DNA of 64,000 nucleotides from Octopus sinensis (GCF_006345805.1 NC_043015.1:34720001-34784000), one strand, 5' to 3'; positions 1 to 12,811 are shown, counted from the first letter of the stretch. Program-made: numbers and translations. The notes: a model not told the origin generated them from the letters alone.

Positions 1-460
1 ATTAAAGAAAAAAAAATGGTAGGCTTGCACACATACTGACAGACATCACTTGAAATTTCGAAAACAATGTGATGTGTATATGAGTACGTGTCCAACAATT
101 TTATTTTACAAATTATATTCTCATATATTTCTAATATATACCACCTGAAAAGTATTTATAGAAAATTTCATTAAAAGAAATACTCGTTTTTCTGAAAGGC
201 ATGAGGCAACAAAGCCGATTCGTGTGAATTTTTCGAAACTCCTCCATCCTTGGAAAACATTTTTCACAATAAATTCCGGTATAATTGTAATCTACATCAT
301 ATGAAGCATATCTGTAGAAAGTTTCATTAAAAAACACATTTTCTAAACGTTATGAGGAAACAAAGTCGGGGATGGTGCACATAATATATGTGTGTGTGTG
401 TTTATGTATTTGTTTTGCAAGATTCTTGAGAAATCGTGTTGACCATCCACAAGTATTAAT

Positions 461-680
461 ATATATAACGGGAAGCTTTATGAAACTAGACAAAAGACGA
501 AGGCAGGTGGGAAACAAACAAACAATTGTATTAGTATGGCGCTCAGGGAATATAAATAAAACAAGTCTTTAACGTTTCGAGCCTACGCTCTTCAACAAAA
601 AGATACACAGAGAGAAAAAAAACACAGAAAGAAGGAGAGAAAAAAATGCGTGCAGTAACTAACGAATCAACATGGCGATC
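461..680 (-). mobile_element. Penelope-like terminal repeat (pLTR) fragment between (TA)n tracts with degenerate minimal hammerhead motif (567-602)
   Basis: Minus strand 602-567 reads CTTT-TTGTTGAA-GAGC-GTAG-GCTC-GAAAC-GTT-AAAG, the same architecture as the motifs at 32300 and 33022 but with C3 and A6 mutated. The adjacent 'gtattagtatggcgctcagg' resembles 'gtattattggacgctcagg' at ~32985. Confidence 0.55.
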
Positions 681-1069
681 TTAATATATATATATATATA
701 AAGGTTGAATTTATTTTCCTTTTGGCAAAATTTTAATCTCCATTCTTAAAAATAAATAATGTGGGATGACTAACAGACACGCATGCCTGTACAATACCGA
801 ATAGTGTCAGCATTCCCTATTTTAAGTTGTGGTCACAAGCCGAAAGTATACCATCCATCCATCCATACATACATGCATGCATAGAAAGTTAGTGAGAGCC
901 ATGTAAGCTCAGTATAAATAACAGTAGGGAGTGCTCAAATGAATGTAAACTTAAATTTTGACGTCTTCATTGAGGGCAAGGTCCACAACATCAACAGTAG
1001 CTATAAGTGAAATCGAAATTGAGATGTTATGAAGGTAATAAGTTACATAAACACAGACTTCATAAATAA

Positions 1070-1207
1070 ATCTACATGAAGCACAAAATAAAGTCTATAA
1101 AATAAAGAAAAAAATAGAGAGGAATTATATAATGACTACACAATTTCTCTCTGTTGTATATTTTTCTTTTATTTCATGATCTGTATTTTGTGTTGCCCTG
1201 TAAATAT
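1070..1207. repeat. Imperfect inverted repeat (old MITE-like hairpin)
   Basis: Left arm 'gcacaaaataaagtctataaaataaagaaaaaaatagagaggaatt' resembles the reverse complement of the right arm, 'acacaaaatacagatcatgaaataaaagaaaaatatacaacagagagaaatt'. Confidence 0.4.
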
Positions 1208-1216
1208 CCTTCACAG

Positions 1217-1601
1217 GTTTCAGTCATTAGACTGCAGTCATGTTGGGGCTCTGCCTTGAAGAATTTTAGTCAAACAAATCAACTCCCAAACTAATTATTT
1301 TTATAAAGCTTGATACTTATCCTATCAGTCTCTTTTGCTGAACTGTTAAGTTAAAGGGACATAAACTCCAACACTGGCTGTCAAGTGGTGGTGGACAAAC
1401 AAACACAAAGACACACAGATATATATATATCTATATATATATATGGCAAGCTTCTTTCAGTTTCCGTCTTCCAAATCCACTTACAAGGCTTTTGTCAGCC
1501 TGAGGCTATAGTACAAGACATTTACCGAGGTACCATGCGGTGGGACTGAACCTGAACCATGTGGTTGGGAATAAAATTTCTTACCACACAGCCACACCTG
1601 C
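1217..1601 (-). mobile_element. tRNA-derived SINE, family A (octopus-type, internal TA microsatellite), diverged near-full-length copy
   Basis: Colinear with the copies at 2512-2875 and 41001-41404: head GTGGCTGTGTGGTAAG, B-box-like GGTTCAGTCCC, tail ...ATGACTGAAAC. Confidence 0.85.
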
Positions 1602-1835
1602 ATCTGTATCTATCAAGCCTAACTGTGTTTATGTACCTTATTACTTGCATACATTTGCTGCACAAGCACTCGGCTCTGAGTGCACAGCTTCTTGTAGCAG
1701 AAACAGCCGTAAACTAATGGAGTTGATCATATAATTACTGTTTCTTTGGAGGGATTTTTTTAGATACATTTTTTTTTTTCCATGTTTGGTCTGGCATTCT
1801 GGTAATTTTCCTTCTATCATTATTTGATTGTTTGT

Positions 1836-1995
1836 TCGTCTGTCTTTACATTCTGAGTTCAAGTACCACCAAGGATGACTTTGCCTTTCATCCTTTCGGG
1901 GTCAATAAATCAAGTACCAATTGTGTACCGGAGTCGATCAAATCGACTGCTCCCCCCCTCCCCAAAAATTTGGGGTCTTGTGCCTAGAGTAGAAA
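1836..1995 (+). mobile_element. SINE family B (Nin/Deu-like central domain), 5'-truncated
   Basis: Contains 'gactttgcctttcatcctttcggggtcaataaatcaagtacca', matching the reverse complement of the copy at 20487-20717. Confidence 0.75.
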
Positions 1996-2032
1996 AAAAA
2001 AAAAAGAATTTATCATTCTTGTTCGTTTTTTA

Positions 2033-2112
2033 AGGCAGCGAGCTGGCAGAAAGGTTAACATGCCAAGCGAAATGTTTTGTGGTATTTCATCTGTCTTTAT
2101 GTTCTATGTTCA
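2033..2112 (+). mobile_element. SINE family B head fragment
   Basis: 'ggcagcgagctggcagaaaggttaacatgccaagcgaaatg' matches the head of 20487-20717 (GGCGGCGAGCTGGCAGAAACGTTAGCACGCTGGGCGAAATG). Confidence 0.7.
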
Positions 2113-2511
2113 GTAGAATGACTGAAACAAATAAAAAGAACACATATATATATATATATATGAGAGAGTGGACAAACGAAAAGGCCACTCAACAAATTGT
2201 AGTCACATGTATGGATCAAAAGAGTCTGATTCAAATTCATTGGTGCTCTTTGAGTTTCAAACGTGATGCTAGTATCAGCCATTTTGAATTTCAATATTCA
2301 AAATGGCTGACAACTAGCATCATGATGGGTGGCGGACAACTGATGAAGGTTGTCGTATTTTATGTTACTTGTCCTGTTTTCCATTTGTTTCTCTCGTTGT
2401 TTGCGTATTCAATTTATTTGTTTTCATATTTCTTGTTGTTTATTGTTTGTGACATCATGTACCCATATATGCATGTATATATATGAGTGTATGTGTGTGT
2501 ATATGTATATA

Positions 2512-2875
2512 CTCTTTTACTCTTTTACTTGTTTCAGTCATTTGACTGCGGCCATGCTGGAGCACCGCCTTTAGTCGAGCAAATCGACCCCGGGACTTAT
2601 TTTTTGTAAGCCCAGTACTTATTCTATCGGTCTCTTTTGCCGAACTGCTAAGTAACGGGGACGTAAACACACCAGCATCGGTTGTCAAGCAATGCTAGGG
2701 GGGCAAACACAGACACACAAACACACACATACATATACATATATATACATATATACGACAGGCTTCTTTCAGTTTCCGTCTACCAAATCCACTCACAAGG
2801 CTTTGGTCGGCCCGAGGCTATAGTAGAAGACACTTGCCCAAGGTACCACGCGGTTGGTAAACAAGCTACTTACCA
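2512..2875 (-). mobile_element. SINE family A, young copy with a small deletion in the tRNA head
   Basis: Near-identical to the reverse complement of 41001-41404. Spurious ORFs 2455..2688 and 41229.. share MTTDAGVFTS...RLKAVLQHGRSQMTETSKRVK. Confidence 0.9.
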
Positions 2876-2903
2876 TATAATTTATATATATAATTTATAT
2901 ATA

Positions 2904-2962
<59 letters not shown>

Positions 2963-3774
2963 ATATATATATATTCACTCACCCATGCATACAAATGCAT
3001 AGTATAGGTTATAATATTTTTTTTTTAAAGCTGGGTAACAATTATTTTAAGAGTGCAACACTTAGTCTGTGTTTTAACAATTTGTCAATCGTGCTATGTA
3101 ACAAGCAGAACAAAGTTGTATTTCTATAAGGAATGAAACTATTAAATAAAGATGTTAAATCATTTTGAAAGAGTTGAAACATTATTGTTATAAAGCCATT
3201 AGTTGCTTTTCTGCTTTCCGTTGGTGTTATGCGTATATTCATCTGCACAGAAATTCATTTTGTGAATTCAAAATAATCCAACCAAATTGTTGACGAAAAG
3301 ACAAGATGCAACATTGACAAAGAGAGTCTCTTCCACAAGGTAATGAGAGATTACTACTCTGAAATAACAGCCTGAAACCAATATTTACACCTGAAAGAAT
3401 GAATCAAAAATGGCTTTTGAACTTCAAATTGAAATATATTAGCTACTATAAAAGACCTTCCTAAGCTAGAACTCCTTGGAAACAGTTAATCTGTATGTTG
3501 ACTCTCAGAACTTCCTCTTTTCTTTCAATTGCTAAACTACTAATGCTTGGTGATAATGAAAAATAAATCAAAGGATGAAATAATGCTATACAGGATTATT
3601 ACACACAAGAAATTTTAAGACATTTGTAATTTCCTTATTCTTTAATTTCAAATTCAAAGTTCTAATCCCACCAAATACTATGAAAAAATGATTATCTCTC
3701 TTGTATTGTCTGCTAGGGGATGCAACATTTCAGTGTGTATTACATATATAACATAGATACACCTCAACAGATGC

Positions 3775-4640
3775 TCTGGATGCATTATTAGTGATGTTTC
3801 TGAGGTCTTAGGGGATTTTAGGTCTTCAACATCAGACTCCAATCATCCGGCTGACCGAGCTGCAGCTGTTCAAATCCCAACTTACATCTCTGTAGCAGCA
3901 ATCCATTAGTGTGTCAATTTTATCCAAAGCCATCAAATAGCTTTCTCTGCAGCCTCAGTAATGGAATCTATGGCCCTCCTCTCTGTTGCACCAATAACTC
4001 TAATCCCAGTCAGAGCTTTGCAAATGGAATGCCCCACAAAAACCTAGCAACCTACCTCAACTGATTCACAATATACCTGCCAGCCTTCACATCTGCACTG
4101 CTCAACTAGCTCCTGGTATTTAGTAAGCCTTCTCTCTTGAGCTTCCGCTATGTGTTCATCACACAGCATGATCAGTTCCCAAGTTCCTACATGATGAAAT
4201 TTGAGAAGATAACTATGCACGGACGGAAAGCCATTGTTATGCGCCATGGAAACTCTAATTGTTTGAAGAGACATACTCTCAGCTGCAAATCTTGGGCTGT
4301 GGAAAGTAGGCACAGAATTTGAGGTTTCAGTTAAACTGGGCTTCTCTTCAGCTTTGAGAAAAGTGATGGCCTCATTCCTAGGGTGGGCTGTAATCACTGA
4401 TGCAACCACCTCAAGCACCTGAGCATATTGCCAACATAAAGGATCATCAGCAAAGGTTCTAGGGCAGCTGCATGAGGAGAGGTTGAAGGGACTCTCTTCC
4501 AGTACACAAGAGACAGGAAAGACTTTCATTTCTACCTTATGTGTGAAGGGTTGTTGAATTTGGTTGTGTCAAAAGCAGTATGGATTACAAATTTCATGCA
4601 GTGGAGTCAGCCTGCCAGATATCTGACCAAATGATGTTCT
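3775..4640 (-). mobile_element. HERO-like (R2 group, REL endonuclease) non-LTR retrotransposon 3' remnant including 3' UTR
   Basis: Minus translation gives IIWSDIWQ, a degenerate zinc knuckle (LSSCSCPRTFADDPLCWQYAQVL), and EAQERRLTKYQELVEQCRCEGWQVYCESVEVGC*GFVG...EAAEKAI*WLWIK. The 3' UTR resembles that of the 26250-27250 copy. Confidence 0.8.
3778..3842 (-). ncRNA. Relic of a rearranged (GUC / GAAA / CUGAUGA order) hammerhead ribozyme in the HERO 3' UTR
   Basis: Minus strand: GGA-GTC-TGATGTT ... GACC-TAAAAT-CCCC ... AACATCA-CTAATAA-TGCATCC. A perfect 7-bp stem I (3828-3834 with 3792-3798) is in exact register with GUC and the decayed CUGAUGA box. Confidence 0.45.
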
Positions 4641-4949
4641 ACATCTTTGTGAATATACATGTATATTAAATCATTTCAATGTCTACATTTCCATACTTGC
4701 ATGGCTCAAACAAAAATACTTGAGAAAGTTACTCTTCCTGTCACCAACTCCTCATCAATTCAACAATTACAAGCCGAGACATATTTCATGGAAGAAACTG
4801 AAAAAAAAATGACTGTTTAAGGAGCCTTTTGTTTAGAAAGATCATGCAACATGTCAAGATAATTGAAGAAACCTGGATATCATTTCATGGTGGATTGCAT
4901 GATAACAACACAGGTAGCAAGGCATTGTTCACACACCACTGAACACAAG

Positions 4950-5150
4950 GGAAACATACAAGCACACACACACACATACACATACATATGAAAATTTCTT
5001 TAGTTTCTGTCTAGAAGACCCACTCACAAAGCTTTGGTTGGACAGGGGCTATGAAAGATAATACATAGCCAAAGTGCCACATGAAGGGACTGAACTCAAA
5101 AACCATGTGGTTGAAAAGTGAACTTGTCAACCACACAGCCATGTCTGCAC
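4950..5150 (-). mobile_element. SINE family A, old 5' half
   Basis: 'cactcacaaagctttggttggacaggggctat...gggactgaactcaaa-accatgtggttg...accacacagcca' aligns to the family A head. Confidence 0.65.
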
Positions 5151-5179
5151 CTTCATGTACACATGTGTACTTGTGCAAT

Positions 5180-5386
5180 GACAAGTGACCAAGATATTTG
5201 GTGATTTGCTGTGCTTGAGAAGATATGTCCAGCTAAGTAAATTATGGCCATTGCCAGTCCTAGTGACATGTAAAAACCATGCTAAAACAGACAACCGGGG
5301 CCCAGTGCTTACTAGTTCCATAGTTCCAGTCAAACAGTCTAACCGATGCCAGCATAGAGAACGGACATTAAATGATGATGATGATG
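5180..5386 (+). mobile_element. 3' end of an RTE-type LINE or RTE-tailed SINE
   Basis: Ends 'ccagtcaaacagtctaaccgatgccagcatagagaacggacattaaa(tga)n', a short-repeat tail typical of RTE-mobilised elements. Family assignment is from recognition only. Confidence 0.5.
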
Positions 5387-5424
5387 CATATCAAAAACGT
5401 ACACTATAGATATACATATAGATA

Positions 5425-5798
5425 TTCTTTTATTCTATTACTTGTTTCAATCATTTCACTGTGGCCATGCTGGAGCACCACCTTCAGTCGAACAAATCAA
5501 CCCCAGAACTTATTCTTTATAAGAGTAAGCGTCCATTTCTCTAACACAGTAATAACTATTTTATGGGTCTCTTTTGCCAAACCACTATGTTGCCAAACCA
5601 CTATGCGACATAAACACACCAACATCGGTTGTCAAGCGATGATGGGAGGGACAAACACAGACACACAAACACATACACATATACATATATATATATATAT
5701 ACGAAGGACTTCTTTCAGTTTCTGTCTACCATATCCACTCACAAAGCTTTGTTTGGCCCGAGGCTATAGAAGACACTTGCCCAAGGTGGGACTGAACC
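5425..5798 (-). mobile_element. SINE family A, diverged copy
   Basis: Tail 'ttgtttcaatcatttcactgtggccatgctggagcaccacct' and body are colinear with 2512-2875. Confidence 0.8.
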
Positions 5799-5848
5799 TA
5801 TATATATATATATATATATACATAGAGAGAGAGAGAGAGAGAGTGAGA

Positions 5849-5887
<39 letters not shown>

Positions 5888-5890
<3 letters not shown>

Positions 5891-6208
5891 AGCACTCCGT
5901 CGGTTGCGACGACAAGGGTCCCAGCTGATACGATCAACGGAACAGCTTGCACGTGAAATTAACGTGTAAGTGGCTGGGCACTCCACAGACACGTGTACCC
6001 TTAACGTAGTTCTCGGAGAGATACAGCGTGACACAGTGTGCGTCAAGGCTGATCCTTTGAAATACAGGTACTACTCATTTTTTGTCAGCTGAGTGGACTG
6101 GAGCAACGTGAAATAAAGTGTCTTGCTCAAGGACACACACAACGCGCCGCCAGGAATTGAACTCACGACCTTACAATCATGAGCCGAATGCCCCTAACCA
6201 CTAAGCCA
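5888..6208 (-). mobile_element. tRNA-derived SINE family C, near full length
   Basis: Minus strand: A box TGGCTTAGTGG, B box GTTCAATTCC, then TGTCCTTGAGCAAGACACT. Same family as 27406-27570. Confidence 0.85.
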
Positions 6209-6424
6209 GGCTTATATATTATATTATATAAATATATGCATATATACATACATATATGTACATACCTACATATATATGTATATATACATGCATATATGGG
6301 TACAGGACATCAAAACAATGAGAAACGAAAACATAAAAACAAAAACATAGAAACGAACTTTTTTCGAATAACGAAAAAAAAAAAACAGAGAAACGAGACA
6401 CATCCTTTTCCAAGTAAGTTTTAC

Positions 6425-6455
<31 letters not shown>

Positions 6456-6559
6456 GAACTTTAAGAAAAGTTCCTACCGAGAATGGTTATATTTACATAG
6501 CGAAATCTACATGAAAATAATTGTTGGTTTATTTTATAATTAATAATTATTTACCCTTA

Positions 6560-6563
6560 TATC

Positions 6564-6655
<92 letters not shown>

Positions 6656-6671
6656 TATATATTATATATTA

Positions 6672-6753
<82 letters not shown>

Positions 6754-6781
6754 TATATATATATAGATATATATATATATA
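6560..6781. repeat. (TA)n microsatellite
   Basis: Directly visible. Confidence 0.95.
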
Positions 6782-7227
6782 TTGCATAGTTAAGAAATAT
6801 TCCCCAACAGTATGATTCGGGTTCAGCACAAATGTCTCCTTACTGTAACCCCTGAACCGACCAAACCCTTCTGAGTGGATTTGGTAGGCGAAAACTCAAA
6901 GAGACTGTGAAAATTCAAGAGATTTGAATTTACATTTCGTATATCGTAAAGTTTATTTAAAGTCGAGCAATAAAGTAATCAATTATGAAAAGAGAGAAGT
7001 TTATCCGGGAGAGAAGTTTATCAAAGTTAGAACGATTGCAAAATATCTAAAAATAAAATATATTTGATTACAATTCCTACTGTTGACTATCGCCTTCACT
7101 TCAATTGTTTTCTCTTTATATTACTAACACTACTACTGTTACGATACTCCACTTTTCTCTCCATAAAATATCACGCAGTAATTCGTAAATAAGTGCTCAG
7201 ATGTTTTCATTTAAAACTAGAACATAC

Positions 7228-7247
7228 ATGTGAGTGTGTGTGTGTGT

Positions 7248-7296
<49 letters not shown>

Positions 7297-7314
7297 TGTG
7301 TGTGCGTGTGTGTA

Positions 7315-7348
<34 letters not shown>

Positions 7349-7493
7349 CGTGTGTGTGTGCGTGTGCGTGTGTGTGTGTGTGTGATCGCCCGTTTCTCTG
7401 ACGCACTAATAACTATTAACATAGTACTGACGCAACTTTTGGGAACGTGACAAAAATTGTTTTTTATATGTACACACACATATACGTACATAT

Positions 7494-7540
<47 letters not shown>

Positions 7541-7546
7541 TATATG

Positions 7547-7603
<57 letters not shown>

Positions 7604-7687
7604 TATGTATATATACATACATATGTATATATACATATATATGTATATATACATATATATGTATACATATATACATATATATATACC

Positions 7688-7760
<73 letters not shown>
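7228..7760. repeat. Compound (GT)n/(TA)n microsatellite cluster
   Basis: Directly visible; source of the many CV/YI/HT ORFs. Confidence 0.9.
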
Positions 7761-7761
<1 letters not shown>

Positions 7762-7827
7762 CTTTTACATGCTTCAGCCCTAAGGCAGTGAGCTTGCTGG
7801 GGTACATATATATATATATGTGTGTGT

Positions 7828-8113
7828 GAGTGGTTGTGTTGTAAGTAGCTTGCTTACAGACCACATGGTTCCGGGTTCTGTCCCAATGTGCAGCACCTTG
7901 GGCAAGTGTCTTCCACTATAGCCTCGGCCGACCAAAGTCTTGAGAGTGGATTTGATAGACGGAAAATGAAAGAAGCCCATATATATATATGAGCGTGTGT
8001 GTCCGTGTGTCCCACCATCACTTCACAACCGATATTGAATTGTTTACGTCCCCGAAACTTTTCGATTCGGCAAAAAAAGGCCGATAGAATAAGTAGTAGG
8101 CTTACAAAGAATA
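7828..8113 (+). mobile_element. SINE family A, 3'-truncated
   Basis: 'gtggttgtgttgtaagtagcttgcttacagaccacatggttccgggttc...ccttgggcaagtgtcttc' is colinear with 41001-41404. Confidence 0.85.
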
Positions 8114-8374
8114 GACGTATAGGTATGTTGGTGCAAACTGGAAAAATAGAACTCAAAACATGAGTATATGTATATTTTTATTAATATTTAGCAACAGAGT
8201 GACTCAAGTGCCAAGTGTTTCGTGCGTTGGAACGTGTGTGTGCGCGCGCGTGGGAGTTTTATATATATGTTTTATACAGACGATATATATACATATATAC
8301 TAAGATATAGTATATTGGTATATATATATTGATATTGATGACCTGATCATATCTTCAGAGGAATCCAAAATACA

Positions 8375-8434
<60 letters not shown>

Positions 8435-8993
8435 TATGTGTGTTTGTATGTATGTATGGATGGATGTTTTAGTGTTTGTACGTATGTGTGTGTGTGTATG
8501 CATATGTGTGTGTGTGTGTGTGTATGCTTTGTGTACGTGATCAACGTGGATCAATCGTTATAGCAAAATAAGTAGAGAGCCCCAATGCGATTGCTAGAGA
8601 TCCTCGAAATGGTGGCTAAATTTCCTCAAATCGCACCCTTCCGAGCCAAAAAAAAAATGTTAGCACACAGTGGACAAACTAAAATATAAAATGGTTTAGA
8701 CGAGATGTCTGCATAAAAATGCTGGATGAGGGATATGAGTCTTAAACAATAACAAACTCAATGCAATCCTCAAATATAACCTAATGTTATCTGGTGGCTG
8801 TAGAGTTTAATTTGTTATTTAATAAAATAAATGAAATGGGAGAGAACGACAGAACAGTCAATATCGGTTTAACTTAATTAAAAGTGAGGGATCAAAGGTT
8901 GGTGCCGCTGAAAGTGACGTTGTTTAGTTACTTATTAATTGTGATTAAGTTTACATCGGTTTTAGTCAACGTTAGAATCTTAGAAAAAAAATC

Positions 8994-9130
8994 ATTTACC
9001 GCCAAGCCAAGTCTGGTGTAGTCCGGACTGACAGGAAATACGCGTATTTTTCTTCCGCTTTTTTTTGTTTATTTGTTGGTTTTGTACTTTATTGCTTAAA
9101 GCGGGAAAGGTGACTTGGCGCTCGTTTCGT
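8994..9130 (-). promoter_or_regulatory. Possible promoter / non-coding first exon
   Basis: Locally CpG-richer unique sequence with ETS-like GCGGAAG and CAGGAAAT. Minus-strand donor-like GCG|GTAAAT at 9000/8999. Confidence 0.2.
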
Positions 9131-9779
9131 TAAGGATCCTTTCACAGCAGCAGCGGCAGCATCATATCGCGATGCTGACCATCATTCTTATTCGTTGTTG
9201 ATCTGTCTCTTTCCGATCTTCAGTGACCCCAGAACCACAATATACAACTAGTGATTGGAGGGAGAGTTGGATGCTGTTTTTAGCAATTAGTGCGACGTTC
9301 GTGTCTTCTGTGCTATCGCCTGAATATCATAAATTATGGAAAGGAATTTTATTACGCAAAATGGTTAAAATGTGCCATAAATAAATAAAACAATTATACC
9401 AGTTAACCTTTGTCTGTACCCTCCCTCTTTACTGGGTCACCATACCATTTCCAACATTCAACCACCTATTTATAAAAAGAAAATTAATAACTTGTCCTTA
9501 TAAGCAATCGTAAGAACAATAATCTAACAAAAGCAGTGCAAACCTAGGGTAATCATTTTTCATCTCCAAAGCAATTTCTCTCGTTAGAATCCCCAAATGT
9601 TTCTCTTGGAATCCTGGAATCACTAATTTTGATAGTCAAACAATATTGTATTTTTAATGAATAACTTCCAACTATTTAAAACAAACCAGTGAAGAAATTT
9701 CACTGTAACCGTGCTAAGGTTGTGGCACTATACCTTCTAAATCATGGGGAAAAAAAGAGAAAAAAAAAGCCAAAGTGGG

Positions 9780-10757
9780 TGTATAAACGAGTTCACCCAA
9801 ATAATTTTCTTAATTTTAGGCTGCCTATGAAGAAGTGACGCTAGAGCTATGAAATCTTGCATGCATTATTTTCAACCTTTCTTGTTAATAACTGCATTGT
9901 TTCTTTCCAGGTAAACTGATATCGACTATTCAAAGAAGACCTCAAAAGTAACTGGTAGTGACTTCTCTTGAAAATGGACAAAATTTGGCATTATATTGTT
10001 ATCAAGTACCTCTAGGAAAAGAATTTAGTCCCGAAGGACATTCATGCTGACATAGTTGCTACATTAGGGAATGACGCGCCTGATTTATCAACAGGACAAA
10101 AGTGGGTCGCTGAATTTAGGAGGGGGGAAGGGAGAGCATCGAAAATGACCCAAAGTCTGAACGTCCTGCATTTGTCACCAGCGAGGAAAACATTGATCGT
10201 GTTCGCCTGGATAACAGGCGATTGACTTGAAATCAAATAGTCAATGCTATTAGTATATCCTGTGCGTAAGTTAAGAATATTCTGCATAATGAACTTGGTG
10301 TGTCAAAGGTTTCTGTTTGGTGGATGCCACGTCTTCTGACACGAGATCAAAAGCGCAACAGGCTGATCACTTCACGGAAAACCTGACATTGCTCGAAGCA
10401 GATCCAGATGGTTTTCTTGTGACGTTTCCGTAACCCACGATGTGTGTTGGCTTCATCACTCTGAGCCAAAGAAAAAGAGATAACACATGCAGTTGAAACA
10501 GCCCTCCTCACCTGATACAAAGAAGGCCAAGGTCGTTTCATTTGCCGGGAAGGTGATGGCCGCAGTTTTTTTTTTGGGGGGGGGGATACGAAAGGCATTA
10601 TGTTTATTGTCTATCTTCAAAAGGGCCACACTATCGTTGGGGGAGTACTATGCTAACTTGCTGAGACAATTACGAAAGGCTATCAAGACCAAATGCTCAG
10701 GAAAACTGACGAAAGGAGTTTTGTTTCATCAGGACAATGCTCCAGCACACAAGTCTT
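9780..10757 (+). mobile_element. Mariner (Tc1/mariner) transposon remnant, 3'-truncated
   Basis: Disrupted frame from ATG 9974: MDKIWHYIVIKYL*..KDIHADIVATLGNDAP..KWVAEFRRG, WMPRLL, AGKVMAAVF, EYYANLLRQLRKAIK, KGVLFHQDNAPAH. Confidence 0.9.
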
Positions 10758-12668
10758 TCGATGGTGCAGGTCGCTATTGAGCCACCTAATGTGACTCTCA
10801 GAAGGCTTTAATCTCGCTGGTAGTGAAACCGGATGAAGAACATTTATAAGCAAGGTTGTAACTTAAACACGGTTATTGTGGCCACACGTCTATACACAAT
10901 GGAATGATAAATAGAATGGTTGGTGTGTAAAGGCCGTGGTCTTCTGTGCTATGCTCCAACCTGCAAGTTGGCCTGTGGCATAAGATAGGGCCAGTCAAGT
11001 TGTGTCCTCATAGCTTGCGTGCCAGTGTGGAAAAGAGAAACAGATGAGGTCCTCGTCTGAACCTTAATGTTGTCTAACGCCCTCTATATCTGTATAGCCA
11101 GCTTGTTTACCCGATGTCAAGGCGCGTAATGCATCTAAAAGTCCTTGGTTTCAATGGCTGTTGCTCGTCACTGTGATCACCGTTCCTGCTCGGCTATTTT
11201 TGACCAAATCATTTTCCCTATCTCAGTATGCTACTTATTACTACTTTTGTGAAACCATTTTCCAATGTCAACCAATAGGTATCTCTTCTTTGTGCTCAAG
11301 TGCCAAAACTATGATGATGGTCAAGGACTTATTTTGCAAACAAAAATGTGCCAATGATATTGCGCTGCTTGTCTTGACTACTTCGATGTGATGTCTACTC
11401 TGTGCGTGTCGAATGTCCCATGTATAGAATATACTTTTTAAGACGAAATTATGGAAATGAAATCACCAGAAGTTACCAGTGGCAACATTTCCGGTGGCAA
11501 AGTTACTTACATTCCAGAAAGAATAGGCCTACATTGTAGTTACATCCAGAGTTAGATTCTCTAATTTCTAAATTGTTTTCAGAGTAAATTCTTTCCTTCA
11601 TTGCATTTCCATTCCAAACTGAAATACCTCCTTGGTCCCACTTATTTCTTGTTTGAGAATCACAAGTCTACGTAGTCCTTCAAAATGCTAGATATAGCAG
11701 ACAAAGTATATCTCGTCTTCAAAAAAAAAGAAAAAGGCCCCATTGAATAATGTAGTCCAGAATACATATCTGAGATGAGATGATCGTGGATGGCATATAT
11801 TTAACCATCGCTTTTCTTAAACTGGGATCATCTGGGCCGTACACATAACTACTTTCATAACATACGCGCGCGTGCGCGCGCACACACACACACACACATT
11901 TTTATGTTTATTAACAAGACCACACATCGATACAATAAACAGATCCGCAGATACACTTGCCACCATATACATATACCACCCTGAGAAATACTTGCTCGCA
12001 CATACACACCTACATATAAACGTTTCCAATTAAATGTGTTTAATGCTTTTGTACTAAAACATCCTAGCAATTGACTAATTTGCAATAAAACGAGAGCGGT
12101 ACGGATGTATATATAGCTTGAGGTGTGTCTTTTGGCAATGTTGAAAAGATAAGGCAATGACCTGCCTAGACAAAAGTGGGGCAACGATGGCTGGCGATGG
12201 CTGGCGAGAGCTTGTCCAGTAGCAGGGGACAGTAACAACAATTAATATAAGGCTTTGCATGTATAAAGGAGTGGAAGATGACTTGAAAAGTAAGCTTGTC
12301 GCCCTAAAGAAAGTATTTAAGGAATGTTTGAGGGGAAAAGGAAGAACATAGTTATTTGTAGTCAGTGGTGGTTAATGTAGATTTTGTTTTCGCTGGGGAG
12401 AGGATAACTCGAATATTGGATATCTCTAGAAAGTAACATAGGCTTCTTAGATCCGAAGCAACTCCTTATTAATTGGACTAGAAACATTAAACTACATTAT
12501 AGCATTTAGTTTCATCCATGGGTCGAGGTTTCAATTCCACCGCACTGCGCCTGCAAACTTCATTAAAATACATGAAACTTAACTTCCTACAATTAGATAT
12601 TAACTTTGCACATAGAAGCGATATATTCATTTGTAGAATAAGCCAAGTGTGTCTAGTAGACTATCGTA

Positions 12669-12811
12669 CAGGAGTGGCTCTGTGGTAAGAATCTTGCTTC
12701 ACAACCACATGGTTCCAGATTCAGTCCCACTGCGTCGCACCTTGGGCAAGTACCTTCTACTTTAGCCTGTGAGTGGATTTGGTAGACGGAAACTGAAAGA
12801 AGCTTGTCGTA
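12669..12811 (+). mobile_element. SINE family A 5' half
   Basis: 'caggagtggctctgtggtaag...ttcagtcccactgcgtcgcaccttgggcaag...gtagacggaaactgaaagaagc', followed by the internal (TA)n. Confidence 0.85.

Noticed and set aside
131-337. 68-aa minus ORF with acceptor-like site and a 24-nt direct repeat (153-176 / 309-332)
   Set aside because: No recognisable domain or convincing donor; cannot be supported as an exon.
2300-2480. CTGATGA at 2340-2346 in a repeat related to 6281-6410
   Set aside because: No GAAA or stem III in register, so not called a hammerhead.
5888-6208. tRNA gene calls from A/B boxes here and at 27406 and 41001
   Set aside because: The boxes run into SINE bodies with no complete cloverleaf.
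7193-7864. Many overlapping CV/HT/YI/MYVC ORFs here and at 15.3, 19, 31.6, 33 and 52 kb
   Set aside because: Microsatellite artefacts.
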